From Methylorubrum extorquens (GTDB taxonomy: Bacteria > Pseudomonadota > Alphaproteobacteria > Rhizobiales > Beijerinckiaceae), in the NCBI GenBank assembly GCA_900234795.1, contig LT962688.1, positions 2,310,001-2,342,000 of the forward strand: a DNA stretch of 32,000 bases, given 5' to 3'. Positions 1-7,044 of this stretch are shown piece after piece. The position numbers and the translations under genes were made by a program. The stretch's first letter is position 1; each line of letters starts with the position of its first letter. The notes under the pieces are model-generated. The model had not been told where the DNA came from and did no database searches. It saw nothing but the letters and a program-made list of their open reading frames with translations.

Positions 1-693
1 GTCGATCGCCGCGTCCAGCTCGCGGTTGATGCGGTGGAGCAGGTTGAGGTTGAACGCAGCGGTGACTCCGGCGGCGTCGTCGTAGGCCGCCTCCAGCACG
101 TCGCGGTCCTTCACGAGATCGACGCCGATCACCAGCGTCGCGCCCGGGCCGAGAATGCGCCCGAACACGTCGAGGAGGCGCGCCGCCTCGCCGGGCTCGA
201 AATTGCCGATGGTCGAGCCGGGAAAGAAGCCCGCCAGCGCCCGATCGCGGATGCCGTCCGGCAGAGCGAAGGGCCGGGTGAAATCGGCCACGACCGCCTC
301 GACCGCAAGATCGGGGAAATCGCCGCGCAGGGCCTGCGCCTGCTCCGTCAGGAACTCGCCCGAGACGTCGACGGGGATGTAGGCCGAGAGACCGGGCAGG
401 TGCCGCAGCAGGCGCCGCAGCTTGGCGGTCGAGCCGCTGCCGAACTCCACCAGAGCCGCGCCCTGCGGAAGCAAGGCGGCCAGGGCCGGGCCCCGCTCGT
501 CGAGGATGCGCAGCTCGGTGCGGGTCGGGTAGTACTCGGGCAAGGCCGTGATCTGCTCGAACAAGGCCGATCCGGCGGCGTCGTAGAAGTACTTGGCCGG
601 CAGCGCCTTCGGGCTCGCCGCCAAGCCGTCCCAGACATCGGCCAGGAACACGCCGTTTTCCGTAACCGGTTCGGCTCGGTGGGAATCCGTCAT
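1..693 (-). CDS. egtD: L-histidine N-alpha-methyltransferase EgtD (ergothioneine biosynthesis), 3' end runs off the window
   Basis: Not in the ORF track because there is no stop in the window. Manual reverse translation from ATG at 693-691 gives MTDSHRAEPVTENGVFLADVWDGLAASPKALPAKYFYDAAGSALFEQITALPEYYPTRTE...EFGSGSTAK. These are the EgtD-family KYFYD/LFExI/PEYYxTRxE and SAM-binding GSG motifs. The frame is open to base 1. It lies directly downstream of egtB on the same strand. Confidence 0.85.
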   Translation of the reverse strand, partial: MTDSHRAEPVTENGVFLADVWDGLAASPKALPAKYFYDAAGSALFEQITALPEYYPTRTELRILDERGPALAALLPQGAALVEFGSGSTAKLRRLLRHLPGLSAYIPVDVSGEFLTEQAQALRGDFPDLAVEAVVADFTRPFALPDGIRDRALAGFFPGSTIGNFEPGEAARLLDVFGRILGPGATLVIGVDLVKDRDVLEAAYDDAAGVTAAFNLNLLHRINRELDAAID

Positions 694-768
694 GCGGGGA
701 TCGATCGTCAAAGGCCTTCTCCGGGACAGCGGGGCAAACGGTTGTGCGGACAGGGTGCGCGGGTGCGT

Positions 769-2031
769 TCAGCTCCCGGCATCGGCGAGCCGCAGGCCCG
801 TGAACTGCCAACGCTGATGGGGGTAGAAGAAGTTGCGGTAGCCGACCCGCGCATGCCCCTGCGCCGTCGCGACCGAAGAGCCGCGCAGCACGTACTGGTT
901 CGACATGAACTTGCCGTTGTACTCGCCCAGCGCACCGGGTACCGGCCGGTAGCCCGGATAGGGGCCGTAGGCGCTGCGGGTCCATTGCCAGACGAGGCCG
1001 AAGGCGTCGTCGATCAGGCCGTCGCGGGCGGCGACCTCCCACTCGGCCTCCGTCGGCAGGTCGCGCCCGGCCCAGCGGGCATAGGCATCGGCCTCGTAGT
1101 AGCTGACATGGGCGACGGGGGCCGCCGGATCGACCGGCTTGCGGCCGGCGAGCGACATCGTCGACCAGCCATCCGCCTCGCGCCGCCAGTAGCCCGGCGC
1201 CTCCCAGCCCTCGCGCTGGAGCGCGACCCAGCCGTCGTTGAGCCAGAGTTCGGGCCGCGCGTAGCCGCCGTCCTCCATGAAGGCGAGCCAGTCGCGGTTG
1301 GTCACGAGGCCGCGATCGATGCGGGCCTCCAGCATCAGGACGTCGTGGCGCGGGCTCTCGTTGTCGAAGGCGAATCCATGACCGTCGTAGCCGATCTGGG
1401 TGATGCCTCTTTTCAGGGCAGACTGGCCGGCGGATGCCTGCGCCGCAGGCAGGCTCCAGCGCGCGTTGTAGACCGGATCGAGCGGGTTCTGCGCGAAGGC
1501 GTGCAGGATGTCGGTGAGCATCAGCTCCTGGTGCTGCTGCTCGTGGTAGAGGCCGATCTCCAGGATCGGCAGCGCCCGCGCCAGGGCCTCGTCGGCGGCC
1601 TCGCGCAGCCAGACCGACACCGCGCGATCGACATGGGCGCGGTAGGCGGCGGTCTCCTGGGCCGTCGGCCTCGTGATCATGCCGCGCATGAAGCGCGGCT
1701 GCCGGGGGCCGGCCTGCACGTAGTAGGAATTGAACAGGTAGTGCAGGCGCTCGTCGAAGAGGCGGTAGCCCGGCTGATGGTCTCCGAGAAGGAACTGCTC
1801 GAAGAACCACGTCGTATGCGCCCGATGCCACTTGGTCGGGCTCGCATCCTCCATCGACTGGATCTGCTGATCCTCGGGCGAGAGAGGGGCGGCCCGGCGC
1901 TCGGTCTCCTCACGCACGGTGCGGAAGGCGGCGATCCAGGCATCGCGGTCGATCGGGCGGGCGTCGAGCGGGGGCGGCGGGAAGGCCGCGCCGCTCTCAG
2001 GTGGGGTGAGACGTGCTGCGCCGGCTGCCAT
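769..2031 (-). CDS. egtB: Hercynine oxygenase / sulfoxide synthase EgtB (DinB_2 + FGE-sulfatase domains)
   Basis: This is the C-terminal 420 aa of track ORF 769..2985. ATG at 2031-2029 (MAAGAARLTPP...) is preceded by GGAGGAAG. It has a DinB-like N-terminus (WHRAHTTWFFEQF, YHEQQHQELMLTD) and an FGE-sulfatase C-terminus (YARWAGRDLPTEAEWEVAAR, WQWT, RGSS). The upstream part of the track ORF is antisense to murI. Confidence 0.9.
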   Translation of the reverse strand: MAAGAARLTPPESGAAFPPPPLDARPIDRDAWIAAFRTVREETERRAAPLSPEDQQIQSMEDASPTKWHRAHTTWFFEQFLLGDHQPGYRLFDERLHYLFNSYYVQAGPRQPRFMRGMITRPTAQETAAYRAHVDRAVSVWLREAADEALARALPILEIGLYHEQQHQELMLTDILHAFAQNPLDPVYNARWSLPAAQASAGQSALKRGITQIGYDGHGFAFDNESPRHDVLMLEARIDRGLVTNRDWLAFMEDGGYARPELWLNDGWVALQREGWEAPGYWRREADGWSTMSLAGRKPVDPAAPVAHVSYYEADAYARWAGRDLPTEAEWEVAARDGLIDDAFGLVWQWTRSAYGPYPGYRPVPGALGEYNGKFMSNQYVLRGSSVATAQGHARVGYRNFFYPHQRWQFTGLRLADAGS

Positions 2032-2214
2032 TGTTGGAATCTCTTCCTCCGTTGCGCGCCGGAAATAGACGCCGAATGTCGAATGACAACGTGGAGGCCC
2101 GCCAAGCTGTTCGTCGCACCCCTTGTCGCACCCGGCCCGAAGCGCGGCCTTTTTGCAGCCGCAGTGAGATGTCCTTAACCGTCGCCGACGGACACTCGCT
2201 CCCCCACGGTTTCC

Positions 2215-3117
2215 ATGGATGCGCGAGCCCGGGCGGCGGTCATGCGGATCGATCTGATGGCAGGGGCGACCCTTTCGGCGGCATTGCCGGCCCAGAATTC
2301 TCAGCCGGTCATTCTCGTCTTCGATTCCGGCCTCGGTGGTCTCACCGTGCTGGAGCAGGTGCGCCGCGCCCGGCCGGACGCGGCCTATGTCTACGCGGCC
2401 GACGACGCGGCCTTCCCCTACGGCGCCCTGACCGAGGACCGGCTCGTGGCGCGGGTGATCGCGGTGATGGAGCGGCTGCTGCTGCGTCACGCCCCCGACC
2501 TCGTGGTGATCGCCTGCAACACCGCCTCGACCCTGGTGCTGCCGGCCCTGCGTCAGCGCTTCGTCACGCCCTTCGTCGGCGTGGTCCCTCCGATCAAGCC
2601 GGCCGCCGCGCTGACGCGGACCCGCCTCATCTCCCTGCTCGCCACCCCCGGCACCGTGGCGCGGGCCTATACCCACGATCTCGTGGCGAACTTTGCGGGC
2701 GATTGCGCGGTGACGCTGGTGGGCTCCAAGAACCTCGCTGGCTACGCCGAGGCCGAGATGGCCGGCGAGCCGGTCACGGACGCGGCGATCCTGGCCGAGA
2801 TCGCGCCCTGTTTCGTCGAGGGGCCTGACGGCGCGCGCACCGATGTGGTCTGCCTCTCCTGCACCCACTACCCGCTGCTGCTGCCCCGCTTCGAGCGCCT
2901 CGCCCCGTGGCCGGTCACCTGGATCGACCCGGCCCCGGCCATCGCCCGCCGGGTGATCCAGCTTCTCGGCGAGATGCCCGCGCACGCGCTCGACGCGCCG
3001 CCCGCTTGCGCCGTGTTCACCGGCGGGGCCGGGCTCAACCCGGCGCTCGGCCGCTCGCTGGAGCGGCGGGGCCTGTCCGAGACGGTGATCGAGGCGATGC
3101 CGCTGACGCTGTGCTGA
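2215..3117 (+). CDS. murI: Glutamate racemase
   Basis: Motifs present are VFDSGLGGLTV, the catalytic-Cys motifs IACNTAS and CTHYPLL, and PPIKPA. The start is ambiguous, with in-frame ATGs at 2215, 2242 and 2257. Confidence 0.9.
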   Translation: MDARARAAVMRIDLMAGATLSAALPAQNSQPVILVFDSGLGGLTVLEQVRRARPDAAYVYAADDAAFPYGALTEDRLVARVIAVMERLLLRHAPDLVVIACNTASTLVLPALRQRFVTPFVGVVPPIKPAAALTRTRLISLLATPGTVARAYTHDLVANFAGDCAVTLVGSKNLAGYAEAEMAGEPVTDAAILAEIAPCFVEGPDGARTDVVCLSCTHYPLLLPRFERLAPWPVTWIDPAPAIARRVIQLLGEMPAHALDAPPACAVFTGGAGLNPALGRSLERRGLSETVIEAMPLTLC

Positions 3118-3126
3118 GACGGGCCG

Positions 3127-3684
3127 TCAGCGCCTCTCCCACGCTGCCAGTTCCTCCGGCACCAGCGTCGCCGCATCCTGCCGGGCGATGATCTCCGCGA
3201 GATCGACCGGCGAGAAATCCCAGGCATCGACGCCGACGTCGCAGGAGCGGGTGGTGTCGGGCAGAGTCGCGTGGGTGTGGCCGTAGAGGTGCCGGGTCTC
3301 GCGCCACAGGCCGGGCCAGGCCCGGTGGGCGTAGTGCGCGAGGAACAGGCGCCAGGACCGGCCCGCCGCGTCCGACACGGAAATCCGGATGCTTTCCACC
3401 GGCGGCTCGGCCCAGGGGAGGTCGAGCACGCGGTTGCTGTCGTGGTTGCCCCGCACGAGCCGCTTGATGCCGTTGAGCCGGGCGAAGACGCGGGCGCAAT
3501 GTTCGCGGCTGGCATGGGCGGCGAAGTCGCCGAGATGCCAGATCTCGTCCGCGACCCCGACGCGCGCGTTCCAGCGGGCGATCAGCGCCTCGTCATGGGC
3601 CTCCACCGAAGCGAAGCCGGTGCGTCGGCGCTCAACGAGCCGGGCGTCGCCGAAATGGGTGTCGGCGATGAAGAGGGTTGCCAT
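3127..3684 (-). CDS. Metallophosphoesterase (calcineurin-like phosphoesterase family)
   Basis: Translation from ATG 3684 gives MATLFIADTHFGD...WHLGDF...VRGNHDS...YGHTH, which are the DxH, GD, GNHD and GH metal-ligand motifs. The upstream 36 codons of track ORF 3127..3792 have no support. Confidence 0.75.
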   Translation of the reverse strand: MATLFIADTHFGDARLVERRRTGFASVEAHDEALIARWNARVGVADEIWHLGDFAAHASREHCARVFARLNGIKRLVRGNHDSNRVLDLPWAEPPVESIRISVSDAAGRSWRLFLAHYAHRAWPGLWRETRHLYGHTHATLPDTTRSCDVGVDAWDFSPVDLAEIIARQDAATLVPEELAAWERR

Positions 3685-3958
3685 GCGTTCTTCACGAAGA
3701 TGTGAGACAACTCGGAGGGCTCGGCGGGGCGTGTACGGATCCGCGGGCGCGACGATCCCGGCTCGCTTGACGCAGCCGGGCCTCCATCGCAAACAATAAC
3801 AAAAGGTACAATGATGCCGATCCGCGCGCCGCAGCTAATTAACTGGCGGGTTAATCACCGCGGATGTGTCGAAATGCGCATCATTTTTCACAGGACTTGT
3901 GGCGAAGTGTCACCTGTATCGCTCGGCGCACCAGTACAAACGTGCTAGCGCGGCGGGC

Positions 3959-4159
3959 ATGCCGGTCTGGACAAAAATCCTCATTGTCGTCGCCATTGCC
4001 GTGATCCTGACGGCATGGGGATGGATGCTGGACTTGAGCCTGTCCGCCGCCCATGCGTGGCTTCTCGACCGGATCGGCCATACGGGGATGCGCCTTCTGA
4101 TCGGGATGATGGTGTTCGCGGGGGCCTGGGCCCTCTGGAAGGAGACGGAGGATCGATGA
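3959..4159 (+). CDS. Small hydrophobic membrane protein (66 aa, two predicted TM helices), paralog 1
   Basis: Translation from ATG 3959 is MPVWTKILIVVAIAVILTAWGWMLDLSLSAAHAWLLDRIGHTGMRLLIGMMVFAGAWALWKETEDR. It shares HAWLLDxxGxTG...F.G.W..W.E.ED with the next ORF. I counted 18/35 identical residues over the C-terminal half. Its stop overlaps the next start (ATGA). I did not recognise a family. Confidence 0.5.
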   Translation: MPVWTKILIVVAIAVILTAWGWMLDLSLSAAHAWLLDRIGHTGMRLLIGMMVFAGAWALWKETEDR

Positions 4160-4353
4160 GCCGCCCTCTCGCCGTCGCGCTTCTGGCGCTGTCTCTCTAT
4201 CTCGGCGTGCTGGATTGCGCCTTGAGCCTCAGCTTCTCGACGGTCCATGCGTGGCTACTCGATCTGGTTGGCCGAACCGGCCTGTGGCTCGTGATCGCGG
4301 CGACCCTGTTCGGCGGCACTTGGGTCGTCTGGAGCGAGCAGGAAGACGGCTGA
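4156..4353 (+). CDS. Small hydrophobic membrane protein (65 aa, two predicted TM helices), paralog 2
   Basis: Translation from ATG 4156 is MSRPLAVALLALSLYLGVLDCALSLSFSTVHAWLLDLVGRTGLWLVIAATLFGGTWVVWSEQEDG. It is a paralog of the preceding ORF. The ATGA start/stop overlap at 4156-4159 implies translational coupling. Confidence 0.5.
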   Translation: MSRPLAVALLALSLYLGVLDCALSLSFSTVHAWLLDLVGRTGLWLVIAATLFGGTWVVWSEQEDG

Positions 4354-4375
4354 CGGCCGCCGTCACGGCGTCTCT

Positions 4376-4720
4376 CTAGAATCGGTCGATCACCGCCGCG
4401 CCCCAGAGCAGGGCCGCGATGACCTGCGTCAGGAACGCCCCCGCCGAGGCCAGATCCTTCACGATGCCGATCCGCTCGTGCCGGCCGGGATGGAGATGGT
4501 CGCACAGCTTCTCGATCGCGGTGTTCAGGAGTTCCGCCCCGAGCATCAGCAGCAGGCTGGCAATGAGCGCCACCCGGACCCACAGATGGCCGCCGAGAGC
4601 GAGCGCTACGGGCAGGCCGAGCGCCAGCAGGAGGAGTTCGAGCCGCACCGCCCGCTCCGTGCGCCCGCCATGGACGAGGCCGCGCCAGGAATTCAGGAAG
4701 GCGAGGTAGAGCGCGGTCAC
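4376..4720 (-). CDS. dgkA: Diacylglycerol kinase (prokaryotic DgkA family)
   Basis: The C-terminal 114 aa of track ORF 4376..5233 read ...LNSWRGLVHG...ERAVRLEL...GAELLNTAIEKLCD...VKDLASAGAF, which parallels E. coli DgkA (SWKGL, EILNSAIEAVVD, AKDMGSAAV). GTG at 4720 is preceded by GGGAGAG plus a 5-nt spacer and overlaps the upstream stop (GTGA). An alternative GTG lies at 4753. Confidence 0.85.
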   Translation of the reverse strand: MTALYLAFLNSWRGLVHGGRTERAVRLELLLLALGLPVALALGGHLWVRVALIASLLLMLGAELLNTAIEKLCDHLHPGRHERIGIVKDLASAGAFLTQVIAALLWGAAVIDRF

Positions 4721-5772
4721 GGTCGCTCTCCCGGAACCGCCCGGGCGATCCACTTGGCGAGGATCGGGCCGGTCGCCAGCACGACGAACAGGCGCAGGGT
4801 CTGCACCGCCAGCACGAAGGACACGTCGGCCCGCGACCCGACGGCGATGATCGCCACCGAATCGAGCCCGCCGGGACTGGTGGCCAGGAAGGCGGTGAGG
4901 AAATCGATCGGGAGCCAGTGCGTCAGGACCCAGGCCCAGACGCCGCAGAGCAGGATGATCCCGATTGTCGCCGTCAGCACGCCGGGCAGCGCGTGGAGGG
5001 TCTCGTCCAGGGTGCGGCGGTTGAAGCGCAACCCGACATACCAGCCGATCGCCGCATAGGCCGCCTCGAGCACCGGCGCGGGCAAGGCGATGTCGATGAA
5101 GCCGGCGGCGTGCAGGCCCGCGCCGAGCAGCATCGGCCCGATCAGGGGGGCAGAGGGCAGCCGCAGCAGCGATGCGAGGCCGAACCCGGCGGCGGCGACC
5201 GCGATCGTTGCCGCGAGGCCGGGCCAGTTCCACGTCTCGCCGGACGCGCCCGCGCCGGCCGGGCCGGCGACGTCGGCGAGGAGGCGCGCGGCGAGCGAGG
5301 CCGAGAGCACCACGGCGGCGACGCGCACGTACTGCATGAATGCGACCAAGCGCGGGTCGGCGCCGTAATCCTCCGCCATCGCCACCATGGCCGCGGCCCC
5401 GCCCGGCGAGGAGCCCCAGGCCGCCGTCGTGCCGGGCAGGACGCGCAGCCGCGTGAGCGCCAGCCCGGTGAGTGCGCCGGCTGCGACCGTCACGCCGACG
5501 ACCGCGAGGATGATGAGGCCGTCCTCGCGCAGGGTCGCGGCGATCTCGGTGGTGGCGGAGCGGGCGACGAGGCAGCCGATCACCGCCTGCGCCGCCAGGA
5601 AGAGCGGCCGGCCGAGCGAGAGCCCGGCGCCGCGAACCCCGAAGGCGATCGCGGCGAGCATCGGCCCGAGGAGGAAGGCGGCGGGGAAATGCGCGCGGCT
5701 CAGGCCAAAGGCGAGAGCGGCCGAGACGGCGACGAGCGCCGCCCAGCGCAGGAGGATGCGGGTCTCGGGCAC
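4717..5772 (-). CDS. AbrB-family (AbrB_duplication / putative ammonia monooxygenase-like) polytopic membrane protein
   Basis: This is a 351-aa, very hydrophobic, internally duplicated protein. It has motifs typical of PF05145-type proteins (LLGPMLAA...GxxxA..., SSPGGAAAMVAMAEDYGADPRLVAFMQYVR in one half, TSPGGLDSVAIIA in the second). The family call is from memory of the motif pattern. Confidence 0.7.
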   Translation of the reverse strand: MPETRILLRWAALVAVSAALAFGLSRAHFPAAFLLGPMLAAIAFGVRGAGLSLGRPLFLAAQAVIGCLVARSATTEIAATLREDGLIILAVVGVTVAAGALTGLALTRLRVLPGTTAAWGSSPGGAAAMVAMAEDYGADPRLVAFMQYVRVAAVVLSASLAARLLADVAGPAGAGASGETWNWPGLAATIAVAAAGFGLASLLRLPSAPLIGPMLLGAGLHAAGFIDIALPAPVLEAAYAAIGWYVGLRFNRRTLDETLHALPGVLTATIGIILLCGVWAWVLTHWLPIDFLTAFLATSPGGLDSVAIIAVGSRADVSFVLAVQTLRLFVVLATGPILAKWIARAVPGERP

Positions 5773-5925
5773 GGGCCTGGATGCTGGATGGCGCGCAGGA
5801 AGAGGAAGTAGAATTGCGCGAGGCTCGCGCTACACGCTCTTCCCCGAACTGTCACGGCGATCGCCGCGAAGCCGCCAAGCGGCTTCGAGCGATTGGCCTT
5901 CGGGATGCTGCCACCGGGGTGGGCG

Positions 5926-6906
5926 TCAGGCGGTCCACCGTTCTCGCTCGCCGGGCGGCGGGGCACCATAGGCCTCATCCTCCCGGCAGGCGGCGGTGCC
6001 GGGCGGGGCGTGCGCCCGGAAGAAGGCCGCGAGATGCGCAAGGCCCGCCGCCCGCGGATCGCTGGAACGCCATGCCAGCGCGAGCGTGCGGCCGGGGCCC
6101 TCTCCCTCGAAGTGGCGCACCACCGTGAGCCCGGTCGGATCGGGGCCGGAGGGGATCGCAAGCGCCGGGATCAGCGTATAGCCGGCGCCCGCCGCCACCA
6201 TCGAGCGCAGCGTCTCGAGGCTCGTGGCGTGGCGGCCCGCGCCGCGCAGGGTGCCGCAGGCGGCGATGGTCTGGTCGCGCAGGCAATTGCCCTCGTCGAG
6301 CAGCAGCAGGTCCGGCCCGTTCAGGTTTTCCGCCCGCGGCGGAGCGCCCTGGGCGAAGGCATGGTCCACCGGGCAGGCGAGCCGGAAGGGCTCGACGAAG
6401 AGCGGCGAGATGGTGAGTCCGGAGGCGGCCACCGGCAGGGAAACCAGGGCCGCATCGATCCGCCCGTCGCGCAAGCCGTCGAGGATCTCGGCGGTGCGCG
6501 CCTCGCTGAGCGCCAGCGTCAGCAGCGGAAATTCCTGGCGCAGCAGGCGCAGAACCAGCGGGAAGTAATAGGGGCCCAGCGTCTGGATCGCGGCCAGCAC
6601 CAGCCGGCCGGTGAGCGGCGAGCCGCGCCCCTCGACGGCGAGCGCCAGCAGGCGCTGTGCCTCGCCGAGCACCACGCGGGCCTGCCGCACGATCCCCTGC
6701 CCCGCCACCGTCAGCAACACGCGACGGTTGGATCGTTCGAACAAGGTCAGCCCGAGCGCGTTCTCTAGTTTACGAACCTGCACGGACAGCGTCGGCTGGC
6801 TCACGTTGCAGCGCTCGGCAGCCCGGCCGAAATGTCCTTCATCGGCAACAGCGACGACATATTCGAGATCGCGCAGGGACAAGCCGGAGAGATTCATAGG
6901 CTGCAT
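5926..6906 (-). CDS. oxyR: LysR-type hydrogen-peroxide sensor/regulator OxyR
   Basis: It has an N-terminal wHTH (LRDLEYVVAVADEGHFGRAAERCNVSQPTLSVQVRKLE). DEGNCLRDQTIAAC has two Cys residues spaced 9 apart, as in E. coli C199/C208, followed by TSLETLRSMVAAGAGYTLIPALA. It is divergent from a catalase gene. The start is either ATG 6906 or ATG 6897. Confidence 0.85.
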   Translation of the reverse strand: MQPMNLSGLSLRDLEYVVAVADEGHFGRAAERCNVSQPTLSVQVRKLENALGLTLFERSNRRVLLTVAGQGIVRQARVVLGEAQRLLALAVEGRGSPLTGRLVLAAIQTLGPYYFPLVLRLLRQEFPLLTLALSEARTAEILDGLRDGRIDAALVSLPVAASGLTISPLFVEPFRLACPVDHAFAQGAPPRAENLNGPDLLLLDEGNCLRDQTIAACGTLRGAGRHATSLETLRSMVAAGAGYTLIPALAIPSGPDPTGLTVVRHFEGEGPGRTLALAWRSSDPRAAGLAHLAAFFRAHAPPGTAACREDEAYGAPPPGERERWTA

Positions 6907-7044
6907 CTATCACAGCGTTTGTGACGATGCATTTGCTAATGGGTCATGCCTGGGTCATACCATCGAAACAGAATGGTTCCAGGCTGTGCGGACGCGCCGA
7001 GCGATCCACCCTGAAGCCCCTGCCTCCCAAGGAGAGAGTGACGC
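6907..7044. promoter_or_regulatory. oxyR-catalase divergent control region with candidate operator palindromes
   Basis: This is a 138-bp intergenic region between divergent oxyR and the catalase gene. It has a perfect palindrome TCACA-GCGTT-TGTGA at 6910-6924 and the direct repeat GGGTCAT at 6941-6947 and 6952-6958. The catalase SD GGAGAGAG lies at 7031-7038. Operator assignment is inference. Confidence 0.4.

Noticed and set aside
34-2178. 714-aa plus-strand ORF spanning the egtD/egtB region
   Set aside because: It is antisense to two genes with clear family motifs. Its translation is Arg/Ala/Gly/Pro-rich with no recognisable domain. This is the classic long shadow ORF of high-GC DNA.
3866-3958. 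Longer 97-aa version of the first small membrane protein, starting at 3866
   Set aside because: The codon at 3866 is GTG. The extra 31 aa (SKCASFFTGLVAKCHLYRSAHQYKRASAAG) have no counterpart in the tandem paralog and overlap the AT-rich, palindrome-containing presumptive promoter. ATG 3959 gives two proteins of matching length.
5816-5830. Palindrome GCGCGAG-G-CTCGCGC between the AbrB-family gene and oxyR
   Set aside because: The 1-nt loop makes an RNA hairpin implausible, and GC-rich short palindromes are frequent by chance at this base composition. There is no second copy in the window.
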